A stretch of DNA of 64,000 bases from Candidatus Tectimicrobiota bacterium (lineage in GTDB: Bacteria; JACPUC01), in the NCBI GenBank assembly GCA_016192455.1, contig JACPUC010000025.1, positions 1 through 64,000 of the forward strand, in the 5' to 3' direction. The position numbers and the translations under genes were made by a program. A model generated the notes under the pieces. It made no database searches. It was not told the DNA's origin and worked only from the letters and a program-made list of their open reading frames with translations. Positions 49,569 to 58,156 of this stretch are shown here, in pieces; within the stretch, counting starts at the first letter, position 1, and each line of letters begins with the position of its first letter.

Positions 49569-50480
49569 ATGACATCCATTCCTGAGTGCAAGGTCTTCAT
49601 CCGCGGCGCGGGTGAGCAGGCAAGCGGCGTTGGGCATCGCCTGGCGCGCTGCGGCTTTCACGTCTGCATGGCGGAGGTGGCCCGTCCTCTCGCGGTGCGC
49701 CGCGAGGTGGCGTTCTGCGAGGCGGTGCTGGATGGCACCAAGACGGTCGAGGGAATCGAGGGCATCCTGGCCCATTCCGTTGCGGACGTGACAGAGACCT
49801 GGAGGCGCCGCAGGATCGCCGTGGTGGTGGACCCGGAGTGCAGCCTCTGCGCCGAGTTGCGGCCGCACGTCGTCGTCGATGCCATCCTCGCCAAGCGGAA
49901 CATCGGCACCCACATGAAACTGGCGCCCCTGGTCATCGGCCTGGGTCCGGGATTTACGGCCGGGATGGACGTGCACGCCGTGGTTGAAACGAATCGCGGC
50001 CATGATCTCGGCCGGGTCATTCTCAGCGGCAGCGCCGAGCCGGACACCGGGGTCCCCGGCAGCATCGGTGGCTACTCCATTGAGCGCGTCTTGCGCTCGC
50101 CGTGCGCGGGCCACCTGAAAGCGGTGCGCCACATCGGCGATGCCGTGGCGGCGGGTGAGGTGATCTGCACCGTCAATGGCAACATCGTCAACACAACGAT
50201 CAGCGGGGTGCTGCGCGGCCTGCTGCGCGATGATCTGGTAGTCCCGGCGGGGTTCAAGCTCGGCGATGTTGATCCGCGCGCCGCCCGCGAGGCCTGCTTC
50301 ACCATCTCCGACAAGGCACGCGCCATCGGCGGCGGCGTCCTCGAAGCCATCCTCATGCACCTCTATGGCATACGCTCCGTCGGCGCCCCGCAACCCGCAG
50401 GAATGGAGGCAGGGAAGCCACAGGCGGCCCCGACACGCGGCGGTGTCACAGGCGCCTCGCCGTCGCGGACGGCTTCGTGA
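49569..50480 (+). CDS. yqeB: Selenium-dependent molybdenum hydroxylase system protein YqeB
   Basis: IRGAGE, VDAILAKRN, IGLGPGF, ETNRGHDLGRVI and ISDKARAIGGGVLEA motifs. Confidence 0.92.
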   Translation: MTSIPECKVFIRGAGEQASGVGHRLARCGFHVCMAEVARPLAVRREVAFCEAVLDGTKTVEGIEGILAHSVADVTETWRRRRIAVVVDPECSLCAELRPHVVVDAILAKRNIGTHMKLAPLVIGLGPGFTAGMDVHAVVETNRGHDLGRVILSGSAEPDTGVPGSIGGYSIERVLRSPCAGHLKAVRHIGDAVAAGEVICTVNGNIVNTTISGVLRGLLRDDLVVPAGFKLGDVDPRAAREACFTISDKARAIGGGVLEAILMHLYGIRSVGAPQPAGMEAGKPQAAPTRGGVTGASPSRTAS

Positions 50481-50490
50481 GGCAGGCGCC

Positions 50491-51384
50491 ATGAGCGAAC
50501 AGCCCGCCAATGCGCGGCGCCTCCGCCCGGGGGGTGAGCCGTCGTTGACGACGGCCCTGGAGCTGCAAGGGGGAACCCTGCTGGCGCTCGTGGGGGGCGG
50601 CGGCAAGACGTCGCTCATGTACGCGGCCGCCGAGGAATTGGCGGCGGCGGGGCGCCGGGTGGTCTGCACGACGACGACGAAGATCTTCCCCCCCGCGGCC
50701 GATCAGCATGATCGCCTCCTCCTGAACGCTGACGCGGACGCGCTGCGGGCCCAGCTCCAGGAGGTCTTCGCGCCCGATCGGCGCAGCGCCGAGGGGGGCA
50801 GCGGCGGGCGGGCGCGGCAGCCCCGCGTCGTGGTGGCGCGCCGGCTGATCGAGAACGGCAAGCTGGAGGGCGTGCCGGCGCAGTGGCCGCTCGAGTTCTT
50901 GCGCCGCGGTCTGGCGGACGTTGTCCTGGTGGAGGCCGACGGCGCGGCTCGCAAGCCCTTCAAGGCGCCGGCGGCGCACGAGCCGGTGTTGCCCGAGGGC
51001 GCCACCATGGTGGCGGCCGTGGTCGGCCTCGACGCCCTGGGCAGCCCCCTCGACGCCGAACACGTTTTCCGGCCAGAGATGGTCGCCGAACTCTGCGCCC
51101 AAGCCATGGGCTCGGAGGTCAGCATTCCCAGCATCACAAGGGTGCTCCTTAGCCCCCGTGGCTTTCTCAAGGATGTGCCCGAAGGGATTGCGTTCTGCGC
51201 CGTGGTGAATAAAGTTGACGGTGCCGCTCAACTCCCACTCGCAAGCAAACTCGGAATGTCTATACTTAGGTGTGGGGGGAGGCGTGTGCGCCGCGTGATC
51301 CTGACGCGCCTGCATCCCTCCCCGACGGTGCTGGCAATCCTGCTCCCAGAGGTGCTGTCCTCTCCGACCAGCCCATGGGCCTAG
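50491..51384 (+). CDS. yqeC: Selenium cofactor accessory protein YqeC
   Basis: VGGGGKTS, TTTTKI and VEADGAARKPFKAPAAHEP motifs. Confidence 0.92.
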   Translation: MSEQPANARRLRPGGEPSLTTALELQGGTLLALVGGGGKTSLMYAAAEELAAAGRRVVCTTTTKIFPPAADQHDRLLLNADADALRAQLQEVFAPDRRSAEGGSGGRARQPRVVVARRLIENGKLEGVPAQWPLEFLRRGLADVVLVEADGAARKPFKAPAAHEPVLPEGATMVAAVVGLDALGSPLDAEHVFRPEMVAELCAQAMGSEVSIPSITRVLLSPRGFLKDVPEGIAFCAVVNKVDGAAQLPLASKLGMSILRCGGRRVRRVILTRLHPSPTVLAILLPEVLSSPTSPWA

Positions 51385-51514
51385 AGGGGACCGCGGCGCG
51401 CGCGGCGTCTCTCCCTTCTGCATGGTGCTTCTGGGAGGGAAGGGCGCTTCAGCATCGAGGTGCGCTTCAGGCAAGGCGACGCAGAACGATAGGCAACACA
51501 GGAGAGTCTCATTC

Positions 51515-52621
51515 ATGGATCCGGTGTTTGATGAGATCGTCCGGCTGCAGGAAGAGGGGGAAGTCGGCGCGCTGTCCACGATCATCTCCTCGAAGGGCTC
51601 ATTGCCCATGAGTGGGCGCGCCAAGATGCTGGTGAAGGCGGACGGCACCTTCGTCGGCACCGTGGGTGGCGGCTGTCTCGAAGCCGACGTCTGGGCCGCG
51701 TCGCAAGAGGTCATCGAACAGGGCGTCCCGAAGGTCTCCAGCTTCACGCTTACCGAAGAGGAGGCCGGCGAGAGCGGCCTGATCTGCGGCGGCAGGGTGA
51801 GCGTCTTCACCGAGCCGGTCCTGCCCTCGGTCATGAATGATATCTATCGGGAGCTATTGCGCATCAGCCACGAAGAGGGCAAGGTGGTGCTGGCCACTAT
51901 CGTCAAACCGGACCGCACCAGGTGGGGCGACCATCGCAAGGTGCTCATGCAGGAGAGCGGGCGCCTGATCGGCAGCTTTGGCGGGGGCAAGGTGGAGAGC
52001 CAGGTGGTGGACGCCTGCCACCAGGCACTCGAGGACAACCTGCCGCGCAGCTTCAGCCTCGAGCTCAGCGAGGAGGAGGTGGAACGGCTCGATCTGCCAC
52101 GCCAGATCGAGGTCTTTATCGAACCGTTCTTCTCGCAGCCGGTCATGTACCTCTTGGGCGGCGGTCACGTCTCGAAGTTCATCTCGAGGGTGGCGCATCT
52201 GGCCGGCTTCAAGGTGGTCGTCATCGATGATCGCCCCATGTTCGCCAACCCGGAGCGTTTCCCGGACGCCGCCCAGACCATCGTGGACGACTTCGTGAAA
52301 GTCTTCGATCAGCTCACCGTGAACGACCGCTCCTACCTCGTCGTGGTCACCCGCGGCCACCAATGGGATGGCCCGATCCTCGAGCAGATCTACCAGCGTG
52401 GCCTGCAGCCGCGCTACCTCGGCATGATCGGCAGCAAGGCGAAGAAGAAGGTGATGTGGCGCCAGCTCAAGGAGAAGGGCCTCTCCCAGGAGTTCCTCGA
52501 TTCCGTGCACTCGCCGATGGGGCTCAGTATCGGCGCCGACAGCCCCGGTGAAATTGCAGTGAGCGTGGTGGCGGAGTGCATCCTGGCGCGGCGCGGACCA
52601 CACAAGCGTTTAAACTTCTGA
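51515..52621 (+). CDS. xdhC: XdhC/CoxI-family Moco insertion chaperone
   Basis: GTVGGGCLE, GLICGG, GGGHV, VTRGH, YLGMIGS and PGEIAVS motifs. Confidence 0.9.
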   Translation: MDPVFDEIVRLQEEGEVGALSTIISSKGSLPMSGRAKMLVKADGTFVGTVGGGCLEADVWAASQEVIEQGVPKVSSFTLTEEEAGESGLICGGRVSVFTEPVLPSVMNDIYRELLRISHEEGKVVLATIVKPDRTRWGDHRKVLMQESGRLIGSFGGGKVESQVVDACHQALEDNLPRSFSLELSEEEVERLDLPRQIEVFIEPFFSQPVMYLLGGGHVSKFISRVAHLAGFKVVVIDDRPMFANPERFPDAAQTIVDDFVKVFDQLTVNDRSYLVVVTRGHQWDGPILEQIYQRGLQPRYLGMIGSKAKKKVMWRQLKEKGLSQEFLDSVHSPMGLSIGADSPGEIAVSVVAECILARRGPHKRLNF

Positions 52622-52821
52622 GCACTCCGTGCTACCCTGCGTGTTCTGTGGCAGGCGCGGCCGGCGCCCGGCAGGTCTCGGTGACACCCCTGCGGAGATC
52701 GTTCCGATAACCCTACCAGTGCAAGGTGATGAGGTAACGGCGCGGCGCCGGAGCGGGTTGGGTCGTCGCGGTATCGTTGTGACCGGTTGACATGAAGCAT
52801 GCACCAAGTGAGGACCCCAGC

Positions 52822-53727
52822 ATGTTCGAGAGTATTGAGGACGTTCTGAAACGCCTTGAGGGGGAGCTCTACGTCAGCGATCGTGCCCTGGCGACGAGCA
52901 TCTTCCTCTCCCACAAGCTGAAGAAACCAATCTTTCTTGAGGGCGAGGCGGGGGTCGGCAAGACGGAGGTGGCCAAGGTGATGAGCCGCATCATGCGCAC
53001 CAAGCTCATCCGCCTGCAATGCTATGAAGGCCTCGATGCCAACACCGCCCTCTATGAGTGGAATTACTCGAAGCAGCTCCTGCGCATCCGCCTCGAGGAA
53101 GCCAGCAAGGTCTCGCGCGACGACATCGGGCGCGCCATCTTCAGCGAGGAGTTCCTCATCAAGCGCCCCCTGCTCGAGGCGATCCAGTCCTCCGGCGACA
53201 ACCCGCCCGTGCTCCTCATCGACGAGATCGACCGCTCCGATGAAGAGTTCGAGGCCTTCCTCCTCGAGGTGCTCTCCGATTTCCAGATCACCATCCCGGA
53301 GATCGGCACCATCAAGGCCAAGCACCATCCCACGGTCATCCTCACCTCGAACCGCACGCGCGAAATCCACGACGCCCTGAAACGCCGCTGCCTCTATATG
53401 TGGATTCCCTACCCGAGCTACGAGAAGGAGTTCCACATCGTCACGCTGAAGGTGCCGGAAATCCGCGAGGCGCTCGCCAACCAGGTTTGCCAGTTCATGC
53501 AGATTGTGCGCAATATTGAGTTCTACAAGCGCCCAGGCATCGCCGAAACCCTCGATTGGGCCCGCGCCCTCCTGCACATGAACTGTGATGACCTGGAGCC
53601 CGAGGTGGTGGAGGAGACGCTCGGCTGCATCTTCAAGTACCAGGAAGACATCACCAAGATCAAAGACGAAGGGATTGAATCGCTGCTCAACCGCATTGAT
53701 GCCGGCAGATCGATCGTCGCCGGCTAG
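52822..53727 (+). CDS. MoxR-type AAA+ ATPase (CoxD-like)
   Basis: EGEAGVGKTE, RLQCYEGLD, LLIDEIDR and TSNRTREIHDALKRRC motifs. Confidence 0.92.
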   Translation: MFESIEDVLKRLEGELYVSDRALATSIFLSHKLKKPIFLEGEAGVGKTEVAKVMSRIMRTKLIRLQCYEGLDANTALYEWNYSKQLLRIRLEEASKVSRDDIGRAIFSEEFLIKRPLLEAIQSSGDNPPVLLIDEIDRSDEEFEAFLLEVLSDFQITIPEIGTIKAKHHPTVILTSNRTREIHDALKRRCLYMWIPYPSYEKEFHIVTLKVPEIREALANQVCQFMQIVRNIEFYKRPGIAETLDWARALLHMNCDDLEPEVVEETLGCIFKYQEDITKIKDEGIESLLNRIDAGRSIVAG

Positions 53728-53790
53728 AGGGAAGCCGCTCCCCCGCTGGTCGCCGCGCAGCGGTCTCAGCAAGCCAATGAGGAACCACGA

Positions 53791-55089
53791 GTGCAGCCGC
53801 GTGTGTCATCCCCGAAACGATCAGACCTGCGGAAGAAGACGCTCTTCAATAGTCTCCTGAGCTTCTGTCGCTTGCTGCGGCGCGTGCAGCTCGATGTGAC
53901 CACGGGGAAAATTTTGGACCTGCATCGCAGCCTGCGCTACCTCGACCTGTCGAATAAGACGGATTTCTACAACGCCTGCAAGATCAACCTCACCTCCAGC
54001 AAGCACGAGATCGACATCTTCGATCAGGTCTTCGCCCAGTTTTGGCGGCGCCTCGACACCTCCCCGGAGGAGGCGGGCTGCGCCCCCGAGAACTTCGAGC
54101 GCCAGCCGGAGGAGAACATCTTCCCACCCGACCAGCAGACGGACAAGGAGGTGGAGGAGCCGCAGCCGGGGCAGGATGAGCGCCAGTCAAGCGCCCCCGC
54201 CGACGCCTCCGAGACGACGCCGGAGTACCAGGTCCTGGAGAACGAAGAGGCGGAGTCGACCCGCGAAGATGAGCTCTCCGACCAGCTCAGCCAGGTCCAG
54301 GCAATGTCGTACAGCCCGGACGAAGTGTTGCTGCGCAAGGACTTCAGCGATTTCCAGGAAGAGGAGGCCAGAGAGTTCCGGCGCGCCATCGCCCTGCTGG
54401 CGCCGAAAATCGCCACCCGCCTCAGCCGGCGGCGGCATGCCTTCGCCAAGGGGCGCCTCATCAACCTGCGCACCACGATCCGCAAGAACCTGCGCTACGG
54501 CGGCGATATCATCGAGCTGGCGCGCGCCCGGCGACGTATCAAGAAGAACCGTATCGTCCTCTTCTGCGATGTCAGCGGCTCCATGGACTGCTACAGCAAG
54601 TTCCTCATCCAGTTCATCCACAGCATGCAGAACGAGGTGAGCGGCGTGGAAACCGTGGTCTTCTCCACGCGCATGACGCGCATCACCGGCCTGTTGAAGC
54701 GCAAGGGGGTGATGGAAGCGCTCTCCGAGATCGCCATCCACGTGCACGACTGGTCGGGCGGCACGAACATCGGCAACTCCCTGGCCACCTTGAACTCGCG
54801 CTACGGCGGCACCATGCTGAACAACAAGACTATCGTCATCATCATCAGCGATGGCTGGGACCGCGGCGACACCCAGGTGCTGGAGCGGGAGATCAAGCGC
54901 CTGAAGCGGCGCATCGCCAAGCTCATCTGGCTCAATCCCCTCCTGGGCAGCCCCGACTACAAGCCGATCTGCAAGGGGATGACGGCGGCGCTGCCGCACT
55001 GCGACTACTTCCTGCCGGCGCACAACCTCGAAAGCCTCATGGTGCTCAGCAAGACCTTGAAGCCGCTCGTGCTCGCCGGCGCGGCGTAA
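53791..55089 (+). CDS. VWA-domain CoxE-like protein
   Basis: CDVSGSM (MIDAS), WSGGTNIG, IISDGWDRG and IWLNPL motifs. Confidence 0.92.
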   Translation: MQPRVSSPKRSDLRKKTLFNSLLSFCRLLRRVQLDVTTGKILDLHRSLRYLDLSNKTDFYNACKINLTSSKHEIDIFDQVFAQFWRRLDTSPEEAGCAPENFERQPEENIFPPDQQTDKEVEEPQPGQDERQSSAPADASETTPEYQVLENEEAESTREDELSDQLSQVQAMSYSPDEVLLRKDFSDFQEEEAREFRRAIALLAPKIATRLSRRRHAFAKGRLINLRTTIRKNLRYGGDIIELARARRRIKKNRIVLFCDVSGSMDCYSKFLIQFIHSMQNEVSGVETVVFSTRMTRITGLLKRKGVMEALSEIAIHVHDWSGGTNIGNSLATLNSRYGGTMLNNKTIVIIISDGWDRGDTQVLEREIKRLKRRIAKLIWLNPLLGSPDYKPICKGMTAALPHCDYFLPAHNLESLMVLSKTLKPLVLAGAA

Positions 55090-55133
55090 GGGGGCGTCGG
55101 CGAAGACCACACCCAGGCTCCGCCCCGCAGGCC

Positions 55134-55170
55134 CGAAAAAACCCCGGCACGACGGTGTCGGGGTTTTTCG
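55134..55170. terminator. Bidirectional intrinsic terminator
   Basis: CGAAAAAACCCCGGCAC-GACG-GTGTCGGGGTTTTTCG between convergent coxE and ubiX. Confidence 0.85.
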
Positions 55171-55280
55171 TTGCTCACTCGCGCCGCTCAGCCGCCTCAA
55201 GGCAGCCTCGCGCGCCACGCTGCCTGGCCGCCCCCCGGCGCCCTGGTTCAGGGCGCAGGCCGGCGCCGCCGCCTCCCGCC

Positions 55281-55919
55281 TCAGCGGATATCGCCCACCG
55301 GGCCCTCGTCCTGGGTGATGACGCTGTCCCCCTCCATGCCCTTCCAGCGTTTCACGAGCTGGTGCTCAATGCCGAACATATCGAGGGCTCGCCCGCAGGA
55401 GTGATCGACCACCTGCTGCAGACTGCGCGGGCGGGAGTAAAAGGAGGGAATCGGCGGCCAGATGATCGCCCCCATCTCGGTGACGTGCGTCATCATGCGC
55501 AGGTGGCCGATATGGAACGGCGCCTCGCGGATCATCAGAACCAGGCGCCGGCGCTCTTTCAGCACCACGTCGGCGGCGCGCGTCATAAGGTTATCGTTGT
55601 ACGAGTTGGCGATGCCGGCCAGGGTCTTGATGGAGCACGGTGCGATGATCATGCCTTCGGTCCTGAAGGAACCGGACGAGATCGAAGCACCGATGTCATA
55701 CTCATCATGCACCACGTCCGCCAGCTTCGCCAGCTCCCCCACCTTCCAGTCAGTCTCATGCTCAATGGTGCGCCGCGCCGGGCCCGACATCACGAGGTGG
55801 CATTCGATTTCAGGAATCTTGTGCAGCTCCTCGAGGATGCGAACCCCATAGATCGAACCAGACGCCCCGGTGATGCCAACGATGATCCGTCGCTTCCCCT
55901 TCTCGCCGCCCGTGGACAT
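55281..55919 (-). CDS. ubiX: Flavin prenyltransferase UbiX
   Basis: VGITGASG, ISSGS, APCSIKTL, RAADVVLKERRRL and REAP motifs. Confidence 0.95.
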   Translation of the reverse strand: MSTGGEKGKRRIIVGITGASGSIYGVRILEELHKIPEIECHLVMSGPARRTIEHETDWKVGELAKLADVVHDEYDIGASISSGSFRTEGMIIAPCSIKTLAGIANSYNDNLMTRAADVVLKERRRLVLMIREAPFHIGHLRMMTHVTEMGAIIWPPIPSFYSRPRSLQQVVDHSCGRALDMFGIEHQLVKRWKGMEGDSVITQDEGPVGDIR

Positions 55920-56281
55920 GCGTCGTATCCTCATCGAGGAGCGCCAGGCCCCGCACCCTCACGCCGGCCTCGACGCGAGCCTTCCGGCAGGCCTCGCATC
56001 GCGGTGCCGTGCGTGCCGATCCTTGTCGCTCTCCTGGTTCCTAACGGGACTGACCTGCCGCTGCCAAGCGGGGCGCGGTGGGCAGGGATCACCTCTGCAG
56101 AACGAAGCGCCTCGCGGCTGCAAACCCAGCGGCGCGCGAGGGGACACGGCTCCCTCGCGGGTTTCTGCGATCTCACCTGAAAACATCACGGTAGTAGAGG
56201 TACACGCCAGCCCGCCGGCAAATGCGAACCGCGCGCTGCGCCGGCGTGCCTCAGCCCGAACGAGGCCGGCGGCACGGCAGT

Positions 56282-56310
56282 ACGCTAGCAGAACCTCGGC
56301 CGAATGTAAA
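56282..56310 (-). promoter_or_regulatory. Candidate promoter for ubiX
   Basis: Minus strand TTTACA, 17 bp spacer, TGcTAGCGT. Confidence 0.45.
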
Positions 56311-56387
56311 TTGGCGCGGCGTCACGCTCCACGCACCACGGCGGCGCGAGAACGGCCAAGGTCGGCGCGCCCCGGCGGCCGGCTGGC

Positions 56388-57482
56388 TTACGCGCCGCGC
56401 CGCAGGCGTTCAAGAACGGCGCGGAAATCGTCCGGCAGGGGCGCCGAGCAGTACACGAACGTCGTCCGCGGCAGCGCCCGCTGCTCCAGCGCCGCCGCGG
56501 TCCCATCGCCGGCGCGGCCCTCAATCTCCGCGTGCCGGCAGGCGGAGTGCTGGGAGCTGCTGGAGGGGGTCCTCGATGGCTGCGAGCGGGGGTGCCGGAA
56601 GCTGAGCGCGGCGGCATGCAGCAGGGGGCGGCTGAGGAGACGCCCGGGAAGGGCGTTGCCGGCGGCGTCGCGGAGCACTCCGCCGGTCATGCTCATGGCT
56701 GCCTTGCCATAGGTCGCATCGCCCACGACGCCGTGGCCGAGGTGCGCCAGATGCACGCGCACCTGGTGCGTCCGCCCGGTCTCCAGGCGGAGCTCCAGGA
56801 GGGTTGCGGCGGCGAAGTACTCGAGCACGCGGTAGTGGGTCACCGCGCGCCGCCCACCGCGCGCCACCACCGCCATCTGCTGGCGCTTCGTCGGGTGGCG
56901 GCCGATCGGCGCCTCGACGCTGCCCCGGTCGGGCCGCACCAGCCCCCACACCAGCGCCACGTAGCGCCGCCGCATCGTCCGCGCCACGAGCTGCGCGGAG
57001 AGCGCGCGATGGCTCAGGTCGTGGCAGGCGACGGCGATCAGGCCGGAGGTCCCCTTGTCGAGCCGGTGCACGATGCCGGGCCGCTCAACCCCGCCGATGC
57101 TCGACCAGGCGCCGCGGTAGGCCAGCAACGCGTGCACCAGCGTCCCCGCCGGGTGCCCCGGCCCCGGATGTACCACCATGCCGGCGGGCTTGTTCACGAC
57201 CAGGAGATCATCATCCTCGTAGACGATCTGGAGCGGCAACGCTTCGGGCGTGAGGAGGAGCGGCCGCGCCCGCGGCTCCCGCACCGCCACCTGCTCGCCG
57301 CCGCGCAGTTTTTGTCCCGCCTTCGCCGCCTTGCCGTTGACGAGCACCAGGCCCCCCGCAATCAGGCGCTGCGCTTGCGACCGCGACAGGTGCGGCAGCA
57401 GCGCCGCCAGCGCCAGGTCGAGGCGTTCGCCGCGCCGCGAGGTCTCGATGGTCAGCTCACGGAACTCGTCGCTCGCAGCCAT
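56388..57482 (-). CDS. rluD: RluD-type 23S rRNA pseudouridine synthase
   Basis: S4 domain, NKPAGMVVHP, VHRLDKGTSG and LETGRTHQVRVH motifs. Confidence 0.9.
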   Translation of the reverse strand: MAASDEFRELTIETSRRGERLDLALAALLPHLSRSQAQRLIAGGLVLVNGKAAKAGQKLRGGEQVAVREPRARPLLLTPEALPLQIVYEDDDLLVVNKPAGMVVHPGPGHPAGTLVHALLAYRGAWSSIGGVERPGIVHRLDKGTSGLIAVACHDLSHRALSAQLVARTMRRRYVALVWGLVRPDRGSVEAPIGRHPTKRQQMAVVARGGRRAVTHYRVLEYFAAATLLELRLETGRTHQVRVHLAHLGHGVVGDATYGKAAMSMTGGVLRDAAGNALPGRLLSRPLLHAAALSFRHPRSQPSRTPSSSSQHSACRHAEIEGRAGDGTAAALEQRALPRTTFVYCSAPLPDDFRAVLERLRRGA

Positions 57483-57578
57483 GATCACAGCCCGCCGGCT
57501 GGCGCCGCACCCAGGGTGCGCACCTGCCCACCGCCTGAACCGCCGCCCGCCGCGCCAGGGACCGCCCTCTCCGGCTCG

Positions 57579-58064
57579 TCAACCGTCGGCCCCGGTCCGC
57601 CCCTCGCCGGCGCGGTAGCCCAGCGCGTAGAGCGCCACGCCGACGACCAGGCAGCTATCTCCGAGATTGAACGCCGGCCAGTGATAGCGGCCGATCGAGA
57701 CATCGAGGAAGTCGATCACCTCCCCGTAGAGGAGCCGGTCCACCATGTTGCCGGTGGCGCCGCCCAGCATGAGGGCCAGACTTACCGCCGTTATCGCCTG
57801 CTCGCCGCCGCGCCGATAGAGGTGCACGAACACCAGCACCGCAACGCCATAGGCGACGGTGAACAGCAGCGTGCTCGTGGCGCGGCTGAAGCCAGCCAGG
57901 AGACCGAACGCCGCCCCCGTGTTGCGCACGTGCACGAGCTGGAAAAAGCCGTCGAGCAGCGCCAGGCTGGCGTTCTGGGGGAGGCCGCGGAGGACGAGCA
58001 GCTTGCTCGCTTGATCAGCGACCACGACGGCAAGCAGGACGAGGAGAAAAACGCGGCGACGCAC
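57579..58064 (-). CDS. lspA: Lipoprotein signal peptidase II
   Basis: DQASK, NTGAAFG, GNMVDR, VIDF and WPAFNLGD motifs. Confidence 0.93.
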   Translation of the reverse strand: MRRRVFLLVLLAVVVADQASKLLVLRGLPQNASLALLDGFFQLVHVRNTGAAFGLLAGFSRATSTLLFTVAYGVAVLVFVHLYRRGGEQAITAVSLALMLGGATGNMVDRLLYGEVIDFLDVSIGRYHWPAFNLGDSCLVVGVALYALGYRAGEGRTGADG

Positions 58065-58156
58065 AGGCGCTCCCACGCAAGAGCTTCGGCGAAGACTGCG
58101 GCGAAACCCGCCCCACGCCAAGGCGCGCCGCCGTGGGGCAGCGCCGCGCCGCGGCG

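Noticed and set aside
48672-55089. Selenocysteine read-through at TGA stops in the selenium-related operon
   Set aside because: Each protein ends at its expected family C-terminus, and I saw no in-frame continuation or SECIS-like context.
52822-55089. Aerobic CO dehydrogenase locus
   Set aside because: Only coxD/coxE-like accessory genes are present; there is no coxL/M/S in the window.
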